Part shown: positions 11,561 to 23,900 of the stretch, piece after piece | Layout of the letters: each line of letters begins with the position of its first letter | Position numbering within the stretch: the stretch's first letter is position 1 | Assembly: GCA_013265495.1 (NCBI GenBank) | Contig: MU058456.1 | Span: 186,001 to 250,000 of the forward strand | Direction of reading: 5' to 3' | DNA: 64,000 bases | Origin: Vicugna vicugna | Taxonomy: Eukaryota | The notes under the pieces: model-generated | Seen by the model: only the letters and a program-made list of their open reading frames with translations | What the model was told of the DNA's origin: nothing | Databases searched by the model: none | Program-made: the position numbers and the translations under genes

Positions 11561-13749
11561 ATCATGGCGTCTAGTCATTTGTCATCATACAGAGGGACAA
11601 ACTTGAGTTATTCCTGCTGTGTGTCAATCACTCAGCTCATGAGGAAGCTGGGAGGAGGCATGTCTGTGTTGCACAGGATGGGAGCACTGGGGTCTGGCTG
11701 GCCTCCCCTCAGGACTCCCAGCAATGGGCACTGACATTTCCGTGTGGCTTTGTTGTTCTTTGCTTGGGTCTGAAGAGACATTACCTTTCTCTTTGTGTTT
11801 TATTGCTTTTTATTGTGGAATCCTATCCTATAGAGACTTGCTTGAATATGGGGACCCCCGATGGTTGGGGACCCATTCTCAGCTAATGCCAAGGGTCTTG
11901 GTGGGTCTCTTTTTGGAGCTGATGGGTACTGCAGCCCCGTCATCTCCCTGACCTTCACAGCTGACCTCTGCTGGCTTGCTTTTGTCTGGTTTTCAAGTCA
12001 ATCTCTATCAGGACAGGTCTTGCACATGAGCAGCCATGCATTCATCCCTTGGGTAAGAATTTTCTTTAGTTCTTTTATTTAGAATTTATTGACTTACACA
12101 TCCGTCTGAGCACCTGTGGATAAACATGGGCACACTGCCTATGTGTGCCCTCTATTGTGTCCTGTAAAGAGATCATAAATGTATCGATGGAAGCTGTGTG
12201 ATAAAAAAAATACGGTGTGTGCTGGAATTATTTTGGTTCCTACTGAGAAATCCTGAGGATGCAGAAGTGCACTGAGTCTGTAATGTATTATTGAAGAGGA
12301 GCCTATTAGAATTCAGATCACAGGGATATGCAGCTGCTGCAAGGTCACTGAGACCCCTTCTGTGATCTCCTCTGGATGTTCGCAGGTAGCACAAAAGGCT
12401 AAACCATGGGTATCAAATGCTGATTTTTCTGATTTCTTGCTTTATTGCTGTGGACCTTGCTGTAAAACATGGGCACAGTTTTGGGGAGATAAACTGTTAC
12501 GGCATTGAGGAGCAAAAGCCCCAAGGCATTTTTGACAGGAGTCATAAATAACACACAGATGTAACTCAGGAAATATGCGACTACAGGAATTCTTCGGGTA
12601 TGTTTCCAATGATGTTATTTGATAAGTTTCTTCCAATTTATCCTATCAGATGTCTGAAAAAAGTAAGTAAGTGACCAAGGGCAGGTGTTTAAAAATAGAT
12701 GATTTAAAAAATAGTGGAATTTGTTTATGCCTACCCTCTGCTGATAGACGAAGTTTTTAAAGCCAAGTGACGTTTCTTCATTATTATAAGCGACAAATGA
12801 TGAGTCTACCATAAAAGCTCTTATCAGGACCCGGGCTCGGTCACCACTGCTCTGAAAGGGGGTGTGGAGTATATTGGTTCATCCTCTTTAGAATATTATG
12901 GTGTTTTGTTACTTCACTCTTTCTTGTTTTAAAGGATTTCATGGCAAAACACGTACCTTTTTACTTGAAGTGGATTTTAAACACATTTTTGAAATATTGT
13001 GTAGTTATTATAAAATGAAGTATAGTGATTCAATTTATTCAATTCTTGGAACAGGAAAATTTAAGAAGATATCTTAAGTCGTCAATTTGAATTGCAAAGG
13101 ATCATCTTTTTATTATGTAGAGCAGTTCATTAGGGGAAACATGACATAAGCACTGGACTTTGTGTAGGGAAAAGATTTTGATTGTTACAGACCCTAACAT
13201 GTAGCACCCATAGTCTGCAATTAACTTCTCTCCAGACTGAAAAATAAAGAGCCAGCTGGCTTTACTCCCTGTTCTCTGGCTCCGTGTTGAATCCCGTTTC
13301 TCTGCCAGGCTGGGTCATGACCCTTCAAACAGCTCCTGGGCCACAGTGGAGTGACTTGCTAAGCAGCTTTCGCACAAGCCATCAGAGGAGAATGGACAGT
13401 GTTTGTATATGTCAATTTGGTGCAGGACCCAACCTGGAATCAGAATGCCCCTTCCCCATGGGCCAGGCCAGTTTTCATATATACTTGTCAAAGCTGCTGC
13501 CAGGATGCAGACTACAGCTGCAGTCACCCCAGGGATTCAGCGGCTGTTTGGCCCCACATTGAGATCTCATTACACGCCCAAGAAGACAGCATGGAGTCCA
13601 AATCTAACTCTGAGCTCCTACCCCAGGAAGACACAGCTGCCACTTGTGTGAGACTTGACATGCCTTCCCTAAATCAGGGTGTTTTAATCCCCATGGGTTA
13701 GTTAGCATCTCCATGGAAGGCTTCCAGACAGTTGCTTTCACTTCCTCTG

Positions 13750-14300
13750 ACTGACTCTCTCACCCCCGTGCCTTTGCACAGGCTCTTCCCTCTGCCTGGA
13801 ACACCTCTCTCACTCGCCCACCCGTCTCCTGGCTGATCCCTACTTGTCCTTCGGAGCTCAGCTTAGTGGTCACTTCCCCGAGGAGCCCCAGGCCTGCCTT
13901 AGCTGCTCCTCTCACGCTCACGCTTCTGCTAGTGGAGGGCTTCCCACTGTGCACTGGGACTTCCGCTGGTATAACTCGTTCCACCACTGGACTATAAACT
14001 GTTTTATTAGTTCCTTAAAAAGTTGTTTCTTTCTAATATTTAATCTTAATAATTCAAATGGACTTTGTTTTGGTGCAGAGTGTGAGGTAGGGATCTGCTT
14101 TATCCTATTGTTTACAGGAGACTCCTTCACTCACCCTTTTCCTTTCCTGCACTGAGAAGATCACTACCTGCTCACTGAGCATTTACCGAGGGACCACCAT
14201 GTACCAGACTCAGTATTTGGTGCTGGGCACGAGATGTGAGTAATAGTGCTCCTGACCTCAAGAAGCTTACATTCTGCTGGAAAAGAGCTAAATCCAAACA
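13750..14300. mobile_element. L2 fragments
   Basis: gcctttgcacaggctcttccctctgcctggaacacc (13770) and cctgacctcaagaagcttacattct (14250). Confidence 0.6.
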
Positions 14301-14308
14301 AAGAATCA

Positions 14309-14392
14309 TTAGTCCGATTACATGAAACTGGCATTTTTGTAGGTCAAGGATGGCCAAATATTGGCAATTTCATATAGTTTAATCCAACCCAA
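14309..14392. mobile_element. MADE2-like mariner MITE (about 80 bp, palindromic)
   Basis: catgaaactggcatttttgtaggtcaaggatggccaaatattggcaatttcatatagtttaatccaa matches the MADE2 layout. Confidence 0.75.
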
Positions 14393-14419
14393 TACAAAAT
14401 AAACAGTGTCTGAAAATGC

Positions 14420-14950
14420 CTGAGACAAACACATGCATGTATTTGTCTGGAAATGATTGTAAGGATCAGAAGTAAGGGAGGGGCCAGGGAGTCAAACAGG
14501 GAAGGAGAAAAAAACCCAATATGTGGGATATTTTTGGAGTCGGCCCCTGCTCAAACCACCGGTAGGCGGCCGGCGGAACTTCTGAGGAGCCTTATGCAGC
14601 GCGAGTCAGAACTGTCTGCACAGGGCCAGAAGGGGAGCGTTACCCGTGAGTGCGTTTCTTGGGGTGGACCCACACCTGTGTCCCGTGGGTTTCTGTGGCT
14701 ATTCCAGTCTTGGCATCAGAGAAGGCCTGCGCCAGGAAGTGAGAGGTAAGCAGCGTGGGCCGAGGAGAGGGGCGGTCATGTCACACGGGGTTCAAGCCCC
14801 ACCTCAGACCAATTCAACAACAGTCTCTGGAGGGAGGATCCAGAAGTGGGTACATTTTAGTTAAAGCTCCGTTGGTGTTTCCGATATGAATTCAAGGCTG
14901 TGAACCAGTGACCTAAGGCAAGGCAGTGTGGAAGGTCAGTGGCAGAAAGG
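14420..14950 (-). mobile_element. ERVL-class LTR fragment (LTR33/LTR16-like)
   Basis: gcatgtatttgtctggaaatgat..gaagtaagggag..aaacagggaaggagaaaaaaacccaat pattern. Confidence 0.45.
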
Positions 14951-14964
14951 TCAGTGTGGTAGCA

Positions 14965-15685
14965 CAGCTTCTTTATCCAGTCATCTTTTGATGGACATTT
15001 AGGTTGCTTCCATGTCTTGGCTACTGTAAATAGTGCTGCTATGAACATTGGGGTGCGGGTGTCTTTTTGAATTAGAGTTTTCATCTTTGCTGGATATATG
15101 CCCAGCAGTGGGATTGCTGGATCATTTGGTAAGTCTATTAAGTTTTTAAAGAACCTCCATACTGTCCTCTATAGTGGCTGTACCAGTTTACATTCCTACC
15201 AGTGGTGTAGGAGGGTTCCCTTTTCTCACACCCTCTCCAGCATTTATTGTTTGTTGACTTTTTGGAGATGGCCATTCTCACTGGTGTGAGATGATACCTC
15301 ACTGTAGTTTTGATTTACATTTCTTCATGATTAGTGATATTAAGCATCGTTTCATGGGCCTATTGGCCATTTATGTCTTTCTTAAAGAAATGTCTATTTA
15401 GGTCTTCTGCCCAGCTTTTGATTACATATTTTTTTTTTGATATTTAGCTGTATGAGCTGTTTGTGTTTTTGGAAATTAAGCCCTGTCAGTCACATCATTT
15501 GCAAATATTTTCTCCCAGTCTGTAGGTTGTCCTTCCTTTTGTTTATGGTTTCCTTTGCTGTACAAAAGCTTGTAAGTTTGATTAAGTCTCATTTGTTCAT
15601 TTTTGCTTCTATTTCTTTTGCCTTGGAAGACTGATCTAGGAAAGTATTGCTATGATTTATATCAGAGAATATTTTGCCTATTGAA
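14965..15685 (-). mobile_element. Young L1 ORF2 3'-region fragment
   Basis: Antisense L1; ORF 14857-15084 translates to TRTPMFIAALFTVAKTWKQPKCPSKDDWIKKL (L1 ORF2 C-terminus). No poly(A) or TSD seen. Confidence 0.92.
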
Positions 15686-15934
15686 CACTATTTTCTTTCT
15701 GATTCTTATAAGAAGGCTGTATGACTGACCTTTTATTATCTATAATCATATGAGGAAGCTCTGGGCCAGTGACATGTGCCTCTCTGAAGTTTGCACAGCT
15801 AGTAAGTAGCAGAACTGGGATTTGAACCCGTGACTACAGCCCACGTTACTCCCACCGCACACTTCCCCCTTCACTACGAGCATTTCAGCTTCTGCCATTT
15901 TGCACACGCTGTTGTTTCTTTATGACGTGGCCTT

Positions 15935-16610
15935 CCAGTGGTGTGCTGGTAAATGTTTAATAACTGCCTTTCTCATTGTAGTTCTTTCATGAACATTGGG
16001 TCATATATTTATTCACATTGATGAGCACGTCGGAACTTCACTGTTCATCAGTGACACGAGGGACTTTTTTGCTCAACTGGATAACTTTCAAGTGCTGTAG
16101 TTCTTTAATTTTTGGGGTGTTATTCACAATGTAACAACTACCGACATGATATATTTTAAAGTTTAACCTGCATTACTAATACTCTTCCATTACTTTCTCA
16201 AGTCTAAACAACCATCAACACAACAGATCAAGCCCTGACTGGTAGCATTTGCAGACTTCTGCTGTGGAAATGCTCCCAGCGTGGAGTTAGGAAGAGGTGC
16301 CCAGAAGAATACACAGCATGCTACCTTACAGATGCAAGAGATGTAAATAATCTCAAGACCTTAGCTAACAGTAAAATGCAGTAAGACAATTAGGAAGTGA
16401 TGAGTTCTGGGTATTTACTTAGATAATACTATATAATCTAAGTTATATACTATACATATAAATTAATCTATAAGTAAATATAATTTACTTAGTTGCAGGT
16501 TTTTTTAAAATCAATTTTTCTGTAACGACTGCTTTTAGCAACTGGCAGACAACCTTCCTGAACAGTGCAACAACCAGTTCTCAGTGAGACAGTGTGAGCT
16601 GCTCCCGTCC
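15935..16610 (-). mobile_element. MER63-like hAT-Blackjack DNA transposon
   Basis: TIR cagtggtgtgctggtaaatgtttaa at 15935; internal aattaggaagtgatgagtt..gtattta and atcaagccctgactggtagcatttgc. Confidence 0.8.
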
Positions 16611-18859
16611 TCCGCTGCTTATCCTCATCCTCTCCACCAACATGAATTCAACCCAATCTTCAAGGTCCAGCTAAAATCCAGCTTGCTACAAAACCTTTCA
16701 AGTACACATCTGTCTTCCTTTCCTCAAATCCTTCCGTCCTTTTTGTTGATACCAGTCCTTAAAATCTGTCTTACACCATTGCGCAGTTTTGTCTTCTGTT
16801 TTCAGTTGGTCTGTTTCACCAACAATGTGGTCAGTTCTATGAGGGCAGGGAGCTTGCTTAGTAACCTTTGCACTTTCTGACAGCATTAGCATCATCATCA
16901 CACATGAGGTACTAGGCATCATGCTGTAGAGTTAGTTGCTTTTTGGATAAATTACCCACATGTGGTTGTATAATCTCAGTTTGCAAAGATGAGCACGGGG
17001 ATACAAATCTGGTTCCAGGCACATGGGCGTTTATTGTGTTTGCATAGCTCAGACTCTGCTGGCTTTTGGGGTTGCAGAGCTCACTCAGCGTGACCTTGGC
17101 ATATACCGTTCACATCCCCAGACTCACTTTCTTTGAGAAAGATCATTCTTTAGCTCTCAGAGCTGTGGCAGCCCACATGCAAGCATCATTACTTGCCTTC
17201 CCTGAGCCACCTCATCCTTTTCATATGCAGGGAGTTCTGTCTACCTGTTGAATTTTGAATGAAAACCCAATGGACAGAAGCTCTGCGCTGAATTCTAGAT
17301 TTTGTCCCTTGCTGAGCTTCCATGAATATAAAACATCAGCACAAAGGGGAGAGTCAGCAGGTGGAGATCAACGCTATCCATATTTAATGGAAAGGGAGCT
17401 GGAGTTGACAGATGGGAAAACTACCTTAGAAGAAGGCCAAGTTCAATAACTTGCCCAGGCTTACTAGTGAGCTTCTAGCAAAAAAATGAATAAATATCTT
17501 ATGACAACTTTTTATGATTTGTGCTTTAAAATATTACTATTATTTTACTTCCTAAGGGGAAAAAAAGCAAGCAAATAAGGGATTAAATAATGACTGATAA
17601 TTAGGAAATTCCCTTACCCACAGTGGAGCACAAAACACGGGCAGGGACCCACACCCTTCATCAAGAATCTGAGCTATCTGAGTGGCTGGCCCGGAGCCCC
17701 ACCATTCTCTCTCCTTAGGAGGAAGACACTGAAACACCCACAATCTCCACCCTCTACCAGAAAGTCAAGGTTGTGAGGCTGAGAGGCCCTGAACCAGAAG
17801 CACAGCCATCTCCCTACCTGTCGCTGGGTGTGTGGTTCCCAGTGTGGAAGGAACCCAGTGACTCTTGGCAAGGCTCTCCCAATGAAAGCATGTCCCAGCA
17901 CAGTTTCTTCCCTGGTCCACAGTGGTTTTCCACGTCTTTCTGAGGAAACTCCTTCATGGCAAGGTAAATCAGTAGCAGTGACTTCAGTTAGAACATGTGC
18001 AGCTCTCAATAGCTACCGCTTCCAGAATCCTCTTTGGGTTCCTGGGGCCTCTCCTGTGTTTCCAGGGGCTGGATCTCTCTGTGGCTGGGCAGCCATCACC
18101 ACTCTTTCAGTGTCAGATATACAGATGAATACATTCTTATAAGAAAAACATCAACAAATAAAACATGGAGTCCCACCATCACCCGCTACTCCTATTCACA
18201 CACACACCTTTTGCTTTGGACATAGACGTGCCAATGCATATCTCATCAGAAGGATCTAGCAAGTTTCTAGCCTACCTTCAGTGGGACTGTGGGTTGCATT
18301 CTTGTTCTCACAGCTGCCTGCTCATTTAAATGGTTGCCCATCCATCCATTCATTTATTCTTTCCACTACCCACCCCATATTTACTGAGCACCTTCTATAC
18401 AGGCACCATGGCATGTAGAATTAGACCAAATGCTCCTGTTCAAGATGCTCACAGTCTAATCATAATAATAATGCTAGCAGAAAATACTGACAGAATGCTT
18501 AGTATGTGCCATTCCTCAGTATGATGAGGTAAACATTCTTATCCTTCCCACTTTACAGGTGAGAAAATCAAGACACAGAGAGTTTTAGTTGCTCACGTCC
18601 ACACAGCTGGACAAGTAAATAGACGATGACTGTTTCATGTAGTAGCCTGGATGCAGGGAAGCCCCATGTACAGAGCGTATACTTGGGAGTCAGATGTGAA
18701 TCAGATCTAACCTGGTTGCATACTTGCACCCTTGCCTAATTCTAGGGTTTTCCTGGGGTCATAAAATTAAAAAAAATATTTTTTAAGAGAAACTAACAGG
18801 AAGGTAGTAATAATAAAACAAAGAAGTATTCATCTGAAATGGAAAAAATGTTCAGTTTT

Positions 18860-19800
18860 AGAATTAGTGTGATCTTTAATTTACGTTGTTTCTTCAGTGC
18901 TTCTGGCAAAACTCAACCCTGTTTCAGGAGAAATGGTCTTTACAGTGATGAATTAGAAAGAATCAGAAAGATTTGTGATTGCAAAAGAACTCTCAGGAAA
19001 CCTTTTTGAAGTAGAGAAGACAAGACATATGGAGCCAATTTCCTTACATTTGGAAGGGCTTCTGCAGACAGAGAGGAGAGCATTGAAGCAGCAAAGCCGT
19101 TCTTGACTCTGTGGTATCTGCTGAATTTCACCTCCCACCATCTTGCTAACTCTGGCAGCTCTTTGAATGTGAATCAATGCTAGGTCTCCCTACTCTGATT
19201 TTTAAGAACTGAGAGAGAGCATTTGAAACTGAATCATACAACCAACAGTTTGAGATGCTTAATAAACACACTCTCTGGCTATAGTCGCATGATAGCAAAT
19301 CCCTCATCAGCTCTATCAATTCAGAGAAGAAGAAATCAATACAGGGCAAATCCCTCCTAGGCTTCATGAGACTGAGAGAAGTTCTTAGACTGATGTATTT
19401 AGTTGTTTGTTTTGTTGTCCTGTAGAGACAGCCCGTGGTTTGGCTTCTGTCCTTTTGTTGATACTCTTCTTTCGTGATCTGCTAAGCACACTGGCTCTGA
19501 GAGCTGAATCCTCCTGGTGGTATTTTTCCACACCAGTCTGGGGCATGGCAGAAGTTTTTCCGGCCAGCAAGAACAGAAGATGATGCCAAAAGGAAGCACT
19601 TAATGAGGTATTGGCAGTGATTCCACACTTATCTCTGGAAGAAAAGGCTCAGGTTCCAGTGTGGTTTTGCAAACTAATAATTCTTTGTTGACTTCTTCCT
19701 AATCATCTTTCTATGACTATGAAGAAATAGTTACAGTTAGTCTTTCTAAGTAACAAAGGGCATTTAATGAAAATATTCTGTTTAATACTAAGAGCCTTGG
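18860..19800 (-). pseudogene. hAT-Charlie (Buster/SPIN-like) transposase C-terminal fossil
   Basis: Minus-strand translation across frameshifts gives VCLADH..NHGLSLQDNK, FIKHLKLL, LALIHIQ, LPNVRKLAPYVLS/VFSTSKRFPESSFAITN and terminal RSH*. This follows the hAT dimerization domain pattern FPNLxKLAxxxLSxFxSTYxCExxFS...SH*. Confidence 0.7.
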
Positions 19801-19804
19801 AGGA

Positions 19805-21975
19805 CTTTGCCAATTATTTTCTGCCATCATTTCTTCAAATATTCTTTCTTTCCCTTTCCCTCTCTTTTCTCCTTCTGGGACTCTGTTATGCATGTATTGG
19901 TATGATTGATGGAGCCCAACATGTTCCTTACATTTTTTCATTTTTCTTCATTCTTTTTCTTTCTGTTTCTCTGACTGGATGATAACAACTGACCTCTCTT
20001 TAGGTTTGCTGATCTTTCTTTTGTCTGCGATAATTTGCTGTTGTGCCCCTGTAGTAAAATTTTAATTTTAGTTATTGTATTTGTCAGCTCCAGAATTTCT
20101 ATTTGGTTCCTTTGAATAATTTATCTCTTTAATGACGATCTCTATTTGGTAAGAAAATTTTCTCATGATTTCCTTTTGTTCTTTAGGCATGCTTTCCTTT
20201 AGATCTTTGAACATATTTTAAATAGCTGACTCAGCAATATTTATAATAGCTAAGATATGAAAACAACTTAAATGTCCATCAACAGATGATTAGATAAAGA
20301 AGTTATGGGAATACTACTAAGCCATAAAAAAGAATGAAGTAATGCCATTTGCAACAACATGGATGGACCTAGAGATTATCATACTAAGTGAAGTAAGTCA
20401 GACACAGAAAGACAAATACCATATGATATCCCTTATATGTGAAATCTAAAAAAAAAAAAGACACAAATGAACTTATTTACAAAACAGAACAGATATAGAA
20501 AACAAACTATGGTTACCAAACAGGAGAGTGGGAGGAGGAAATAAATAGGGGTTTGGGATTAGCAGATAAAACTACTATATATAAAATAGATAAATAACAA
20601 GGATTAACTGTATAGCACAGGGAATTGTATGCAATATCTTGTTATAGTTTATAATGAAAAAGAATATGAAAAGGTATATATCTATATATCTATATATATC
20701 TATATATCTATATATATATCTGAATCACTATGCTGTACACCAGAAACTAACACATTGTAAATCAACTATATATATAATCAATTATATATATATATAATTA
20801 ATAAATAAAATATATATATATATAATTAATAAATAAAATGGCTGATTCAAAATATTTTTTGTAATAACTCCAATGTCTGGGTTACCTCAGGGACAGTTTC
20901 TATTGATTGTTTCTTTACCCCTGTATATGGACCATATTTTCTTATTTCTTTCCATATCTTATAATTTTTTAAATGGAAACTGGACATTTTGAATACTGCA
21001 ATGTGGTGACTCTGGAAATAAGATCCCCCATCTTCCTCAGAGTTTGTTGTTTCTACTTGTTTTAGTTGTTTGTTCTTTGGTGACTTCTCTGAACCAATTT
21101 TTAAAAGTCTATCTTTTTGACACTTGTGACCACTGAAGTTTCTGTTCTGTTAGACTCATGGTCAGTTAATGATTGGATATAGATTTCCTTAAGTGTTTGG
21201 ACACAAAATAGCTCTCAGTTTTTGCACGTGGACTCTCTGTGTGTGGTGGGGCACACTTTCAGTACTCAGCCAGGCAGTGTACAACTCTGCCTTAGTCTTC
21301 ATTTCCTGTTTGCGCAGAGAGTCAAGGTCAGCCAGAACTGGGAATGGAAGGCCTTCTGAGGTCTTTCCTGAACATGTGTACAGTCTGCTTATGTGTGTGG
21401 TCTTCTCGATTGTGAGGAAAATATTGGATCTTTTCCAAACCCTTATTCCCCAAAGTGTATCCCTTCCCAGCCTTTCTTCTAAGCTTTTTAGTTCATCTAT
21501 TGTTTGTTCCAACTGTTACCCACTACTGCATACAGCAGCAATTAAAACATTTGCCTGTACATGTTTTTGACACATAACCCTTGGGTCATGGTCATACTGC
21601 AGGGTGAGTCCCACGTGGGTGAGATAAACATGCCTTCTGAGGTAGTCTTCTGTGGAGCTTCCAGAGAGATCAACTAGGGACAACTCTTTCCAAATAAGGT
21701 CTTTTCTGCTCCCTCTGGCATCAGCACTGGTCCTAGGAATGTGGGCTGTTTCTTTCAAGGTTGCTGTTAGGCTAAGAAACAGGTGATGGGACTAGGGAAA
21801 GTGAAATGCTACAAACCTCACTGTTCTTACTGAGATCCAGCCCTTTCTGCTGATTAAGTCCTCCCAAAGTTGCAGCAAGCTTTTGGTTTGTCTCCAGTTT
21901 CAAAAAAGTTGATTCTGGCAGTTTTGCCAGTTTTAGTTGCTTTTCTGGAGGAGGGCTTTTTCAGTTTCTTATTCT
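19805..21975 (-). mobile_element. Old L1 ORF1/5' region, interrupted by a younger L1
   Basis: ORF 19717-19941 contains VPEGEKRGKGKERIFEEMMAEN (L1 ORF1 motif); 5'-end-like sequence runs to about 21975. Confidence 0.8.
20234..20835 (+). mobile_element. Young 5'-truncated L1 3' end with TSD
   Basis: catggatggacctagagattatcatactaagtgaagtaagtcag; AT-rich tail; TSD aaatagctgactca (20220) / aaatggctgattca (20836). Confidence 0.92.
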
Positions 21976-21979
21976 GACA

Positions 21980-23095
21980 TTTTCACTGACATCATCTTGC
22001 GTATTTTTCTTTCAGGGTTGGACCTTTATTCTTGTTTTCTTAGAATTTCTTTATGTATTAGAAACATCAACGTTTTGTGACCTTAGTTGCAAATAGTTTT
22101 GCCCAATTCATCATTTGGTATTTTACTTTGTTCATGGTGCTTTGACTTATTCCAAAGCTTTTGATTATTAATCAAGTTTATTAATCTTATCTCTTATTTC
22201 TGAATTTTGAGCCAGAGTGAGAAAAATTTTCCCTCTCTCTACTTCTAGAGTAATTTACCTATATTTTCTTATGGTATTTGTATAGCTTTATGTTTTACAT
22301 TTGAATCTCTAATCCATTTGGATTTTTATATAATGTGTGGTGTGAGAAACGGATCCAATTTTATTTTTTCATATAGCTAGCCAGTTATACTCCTATCATT
22401 TATCTGCTCTCACCAATTTGAGATGCCTCCTTTACTGTACACTAAATTTTCATGTGCAGTTAGGTCTATATCTGGATCTTCTATTCTGTTCCATCGGTTT
22501 CTCTAATTATGTGCCAATGCACCAGTGTTTTTAATTATAGAGATTTTATTTTATATAAGCTAGTTCCCTATACTCCCCACATTGTTTTTCTTCCTTTCTT
22601 TCTTCCTTTCTTCCTTCCTTTCTTCCTTCCTTCCTTCCTTTCTGTCTTTCTGTCTTTCTGTCTTTCTATTTTCCCCCTGGCTATTATTGTTTATGTCCTT
22701 CCAAATAAAGTTTGTAGTAAACTTGCTTTGTGCCAGAAAATAATTCTGATGAAATTATATATTTCATTGTATCAAATTTATATATTACCTTCCTGATAAC
22801 TGATATGCCAAAACATGGCATATCTTTTTTTTTCAAGTTTACTTTTGAGACTTAAAGGAGTGCTTTGTAGTTTTCATCATATAAATTTTGGACATTTCTT
22901 ATTAAGTTTGCACCTTGGTATTTTATTGCATGTTTTGATGTCACAAATGGGGCATTCTCTTCTATTCTGTTTTTTGTTTGTATATATGTATAAAATCTAT
23001 TAATTTTTGTACATTAATTTTATAATCTACTATTTTACTATTATCTAGTTTTTCCATGGGTTCTTGTGGGTTTTCTAGATATAAAACATTATCAG
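21980..23095 (-). mobile_element. Old L1M ORF2 fragment
   Basis: ORF 22962-23162 contains ADNVLYLENP..KIVDYKINVQK (L1 RT YADD-region remnant). Confidence 0.75.
22588..22668. repeat. (TTCC)n/(TTTC/TGTC)n compound microsatellite
   Basis: Pyrimidine tetranucleotide repeats visible directly. Confidence 0.9.
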
Positions 23096-23699
23096 CTGGG
23101 ATGCTATATTTTGGTGGTTTTGGCAAAGACTGAAAGCCACATGATAACAAAATCCTAGACATCAGTATTCAGTAATGACTCATAAACCAAGTTATTCTCT
23201 CATATACTTCAGCATTTTGTGTTACTTTGATTTAGATCTAAATCAGCATCTAAAAGAGAATTTTAAAAGTTGACATCATTGGGACTCTTGGTGTCTACAA
23301 GCACACATATGTACACACTCCATCTGTTTTACTCTGGGGAAATAAACGTTAAGTTGGGGGTGGCTATATGCTACCCCATGAGGTCAGGAGGTAATTTAGT
23401 GCAGGGCTGGTGAAACGACATCAGACTCCTCACCTAGTGTTCCCAGAAGCCGAGGTAACGATTCCTTAGAGTTTGCTAACACGTGCAGTTTTGTGCATTT
23501 AAATGCTCATCGTTGCTTTTTACTCTCACAGTAGTCCTGGGGCGCTCGGGGGTGGGGGGGTGGCTATCCCATTCTATTTCTCCAGAAAGCAGCAGAACCG
23601 AGGCTAGCCCACTGGCTGAAGGAGGAACAGGGACTAGTTTTCCGTCTTCATATATATTCTTTCCAACATACTCAAATGTTTGCGAATCCTTTTGCTACT

Positions 23700-23900
23700 A
23701 TTAAAGCCCATTTCTTACCTGTCCTCAGAGGAATCAGGAACAGCTGCTTGGCATCCCCTATTATAATATCCCTTCATATGTATGAATCCTGCGATTTTGT
23801 TCCCTCCCGGCTCCCCCTTCGGCGGGTTAAATAGCCCAGATTCTGTTGCGCATAGAGTTTATCTCCTACCTCTTTTGTCATTTTTAACAAAGAGGTTGTG
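23700..23900 (-). mobile_element. L3/CR1 LINE fragment
   Basis: cccttcatatgtatgaatcctgcgatt..ggttaaatagcccagattc resembles antisense L3. Confidence 0.45.

Noticed and set aside
12797..12855. C/D box snoRNA (ATGATGA ... CTGA)
   Set aside because: Only 59 nt, with no terminal stem, no clear C'/D' boxes and no recognisable rRNA guide.
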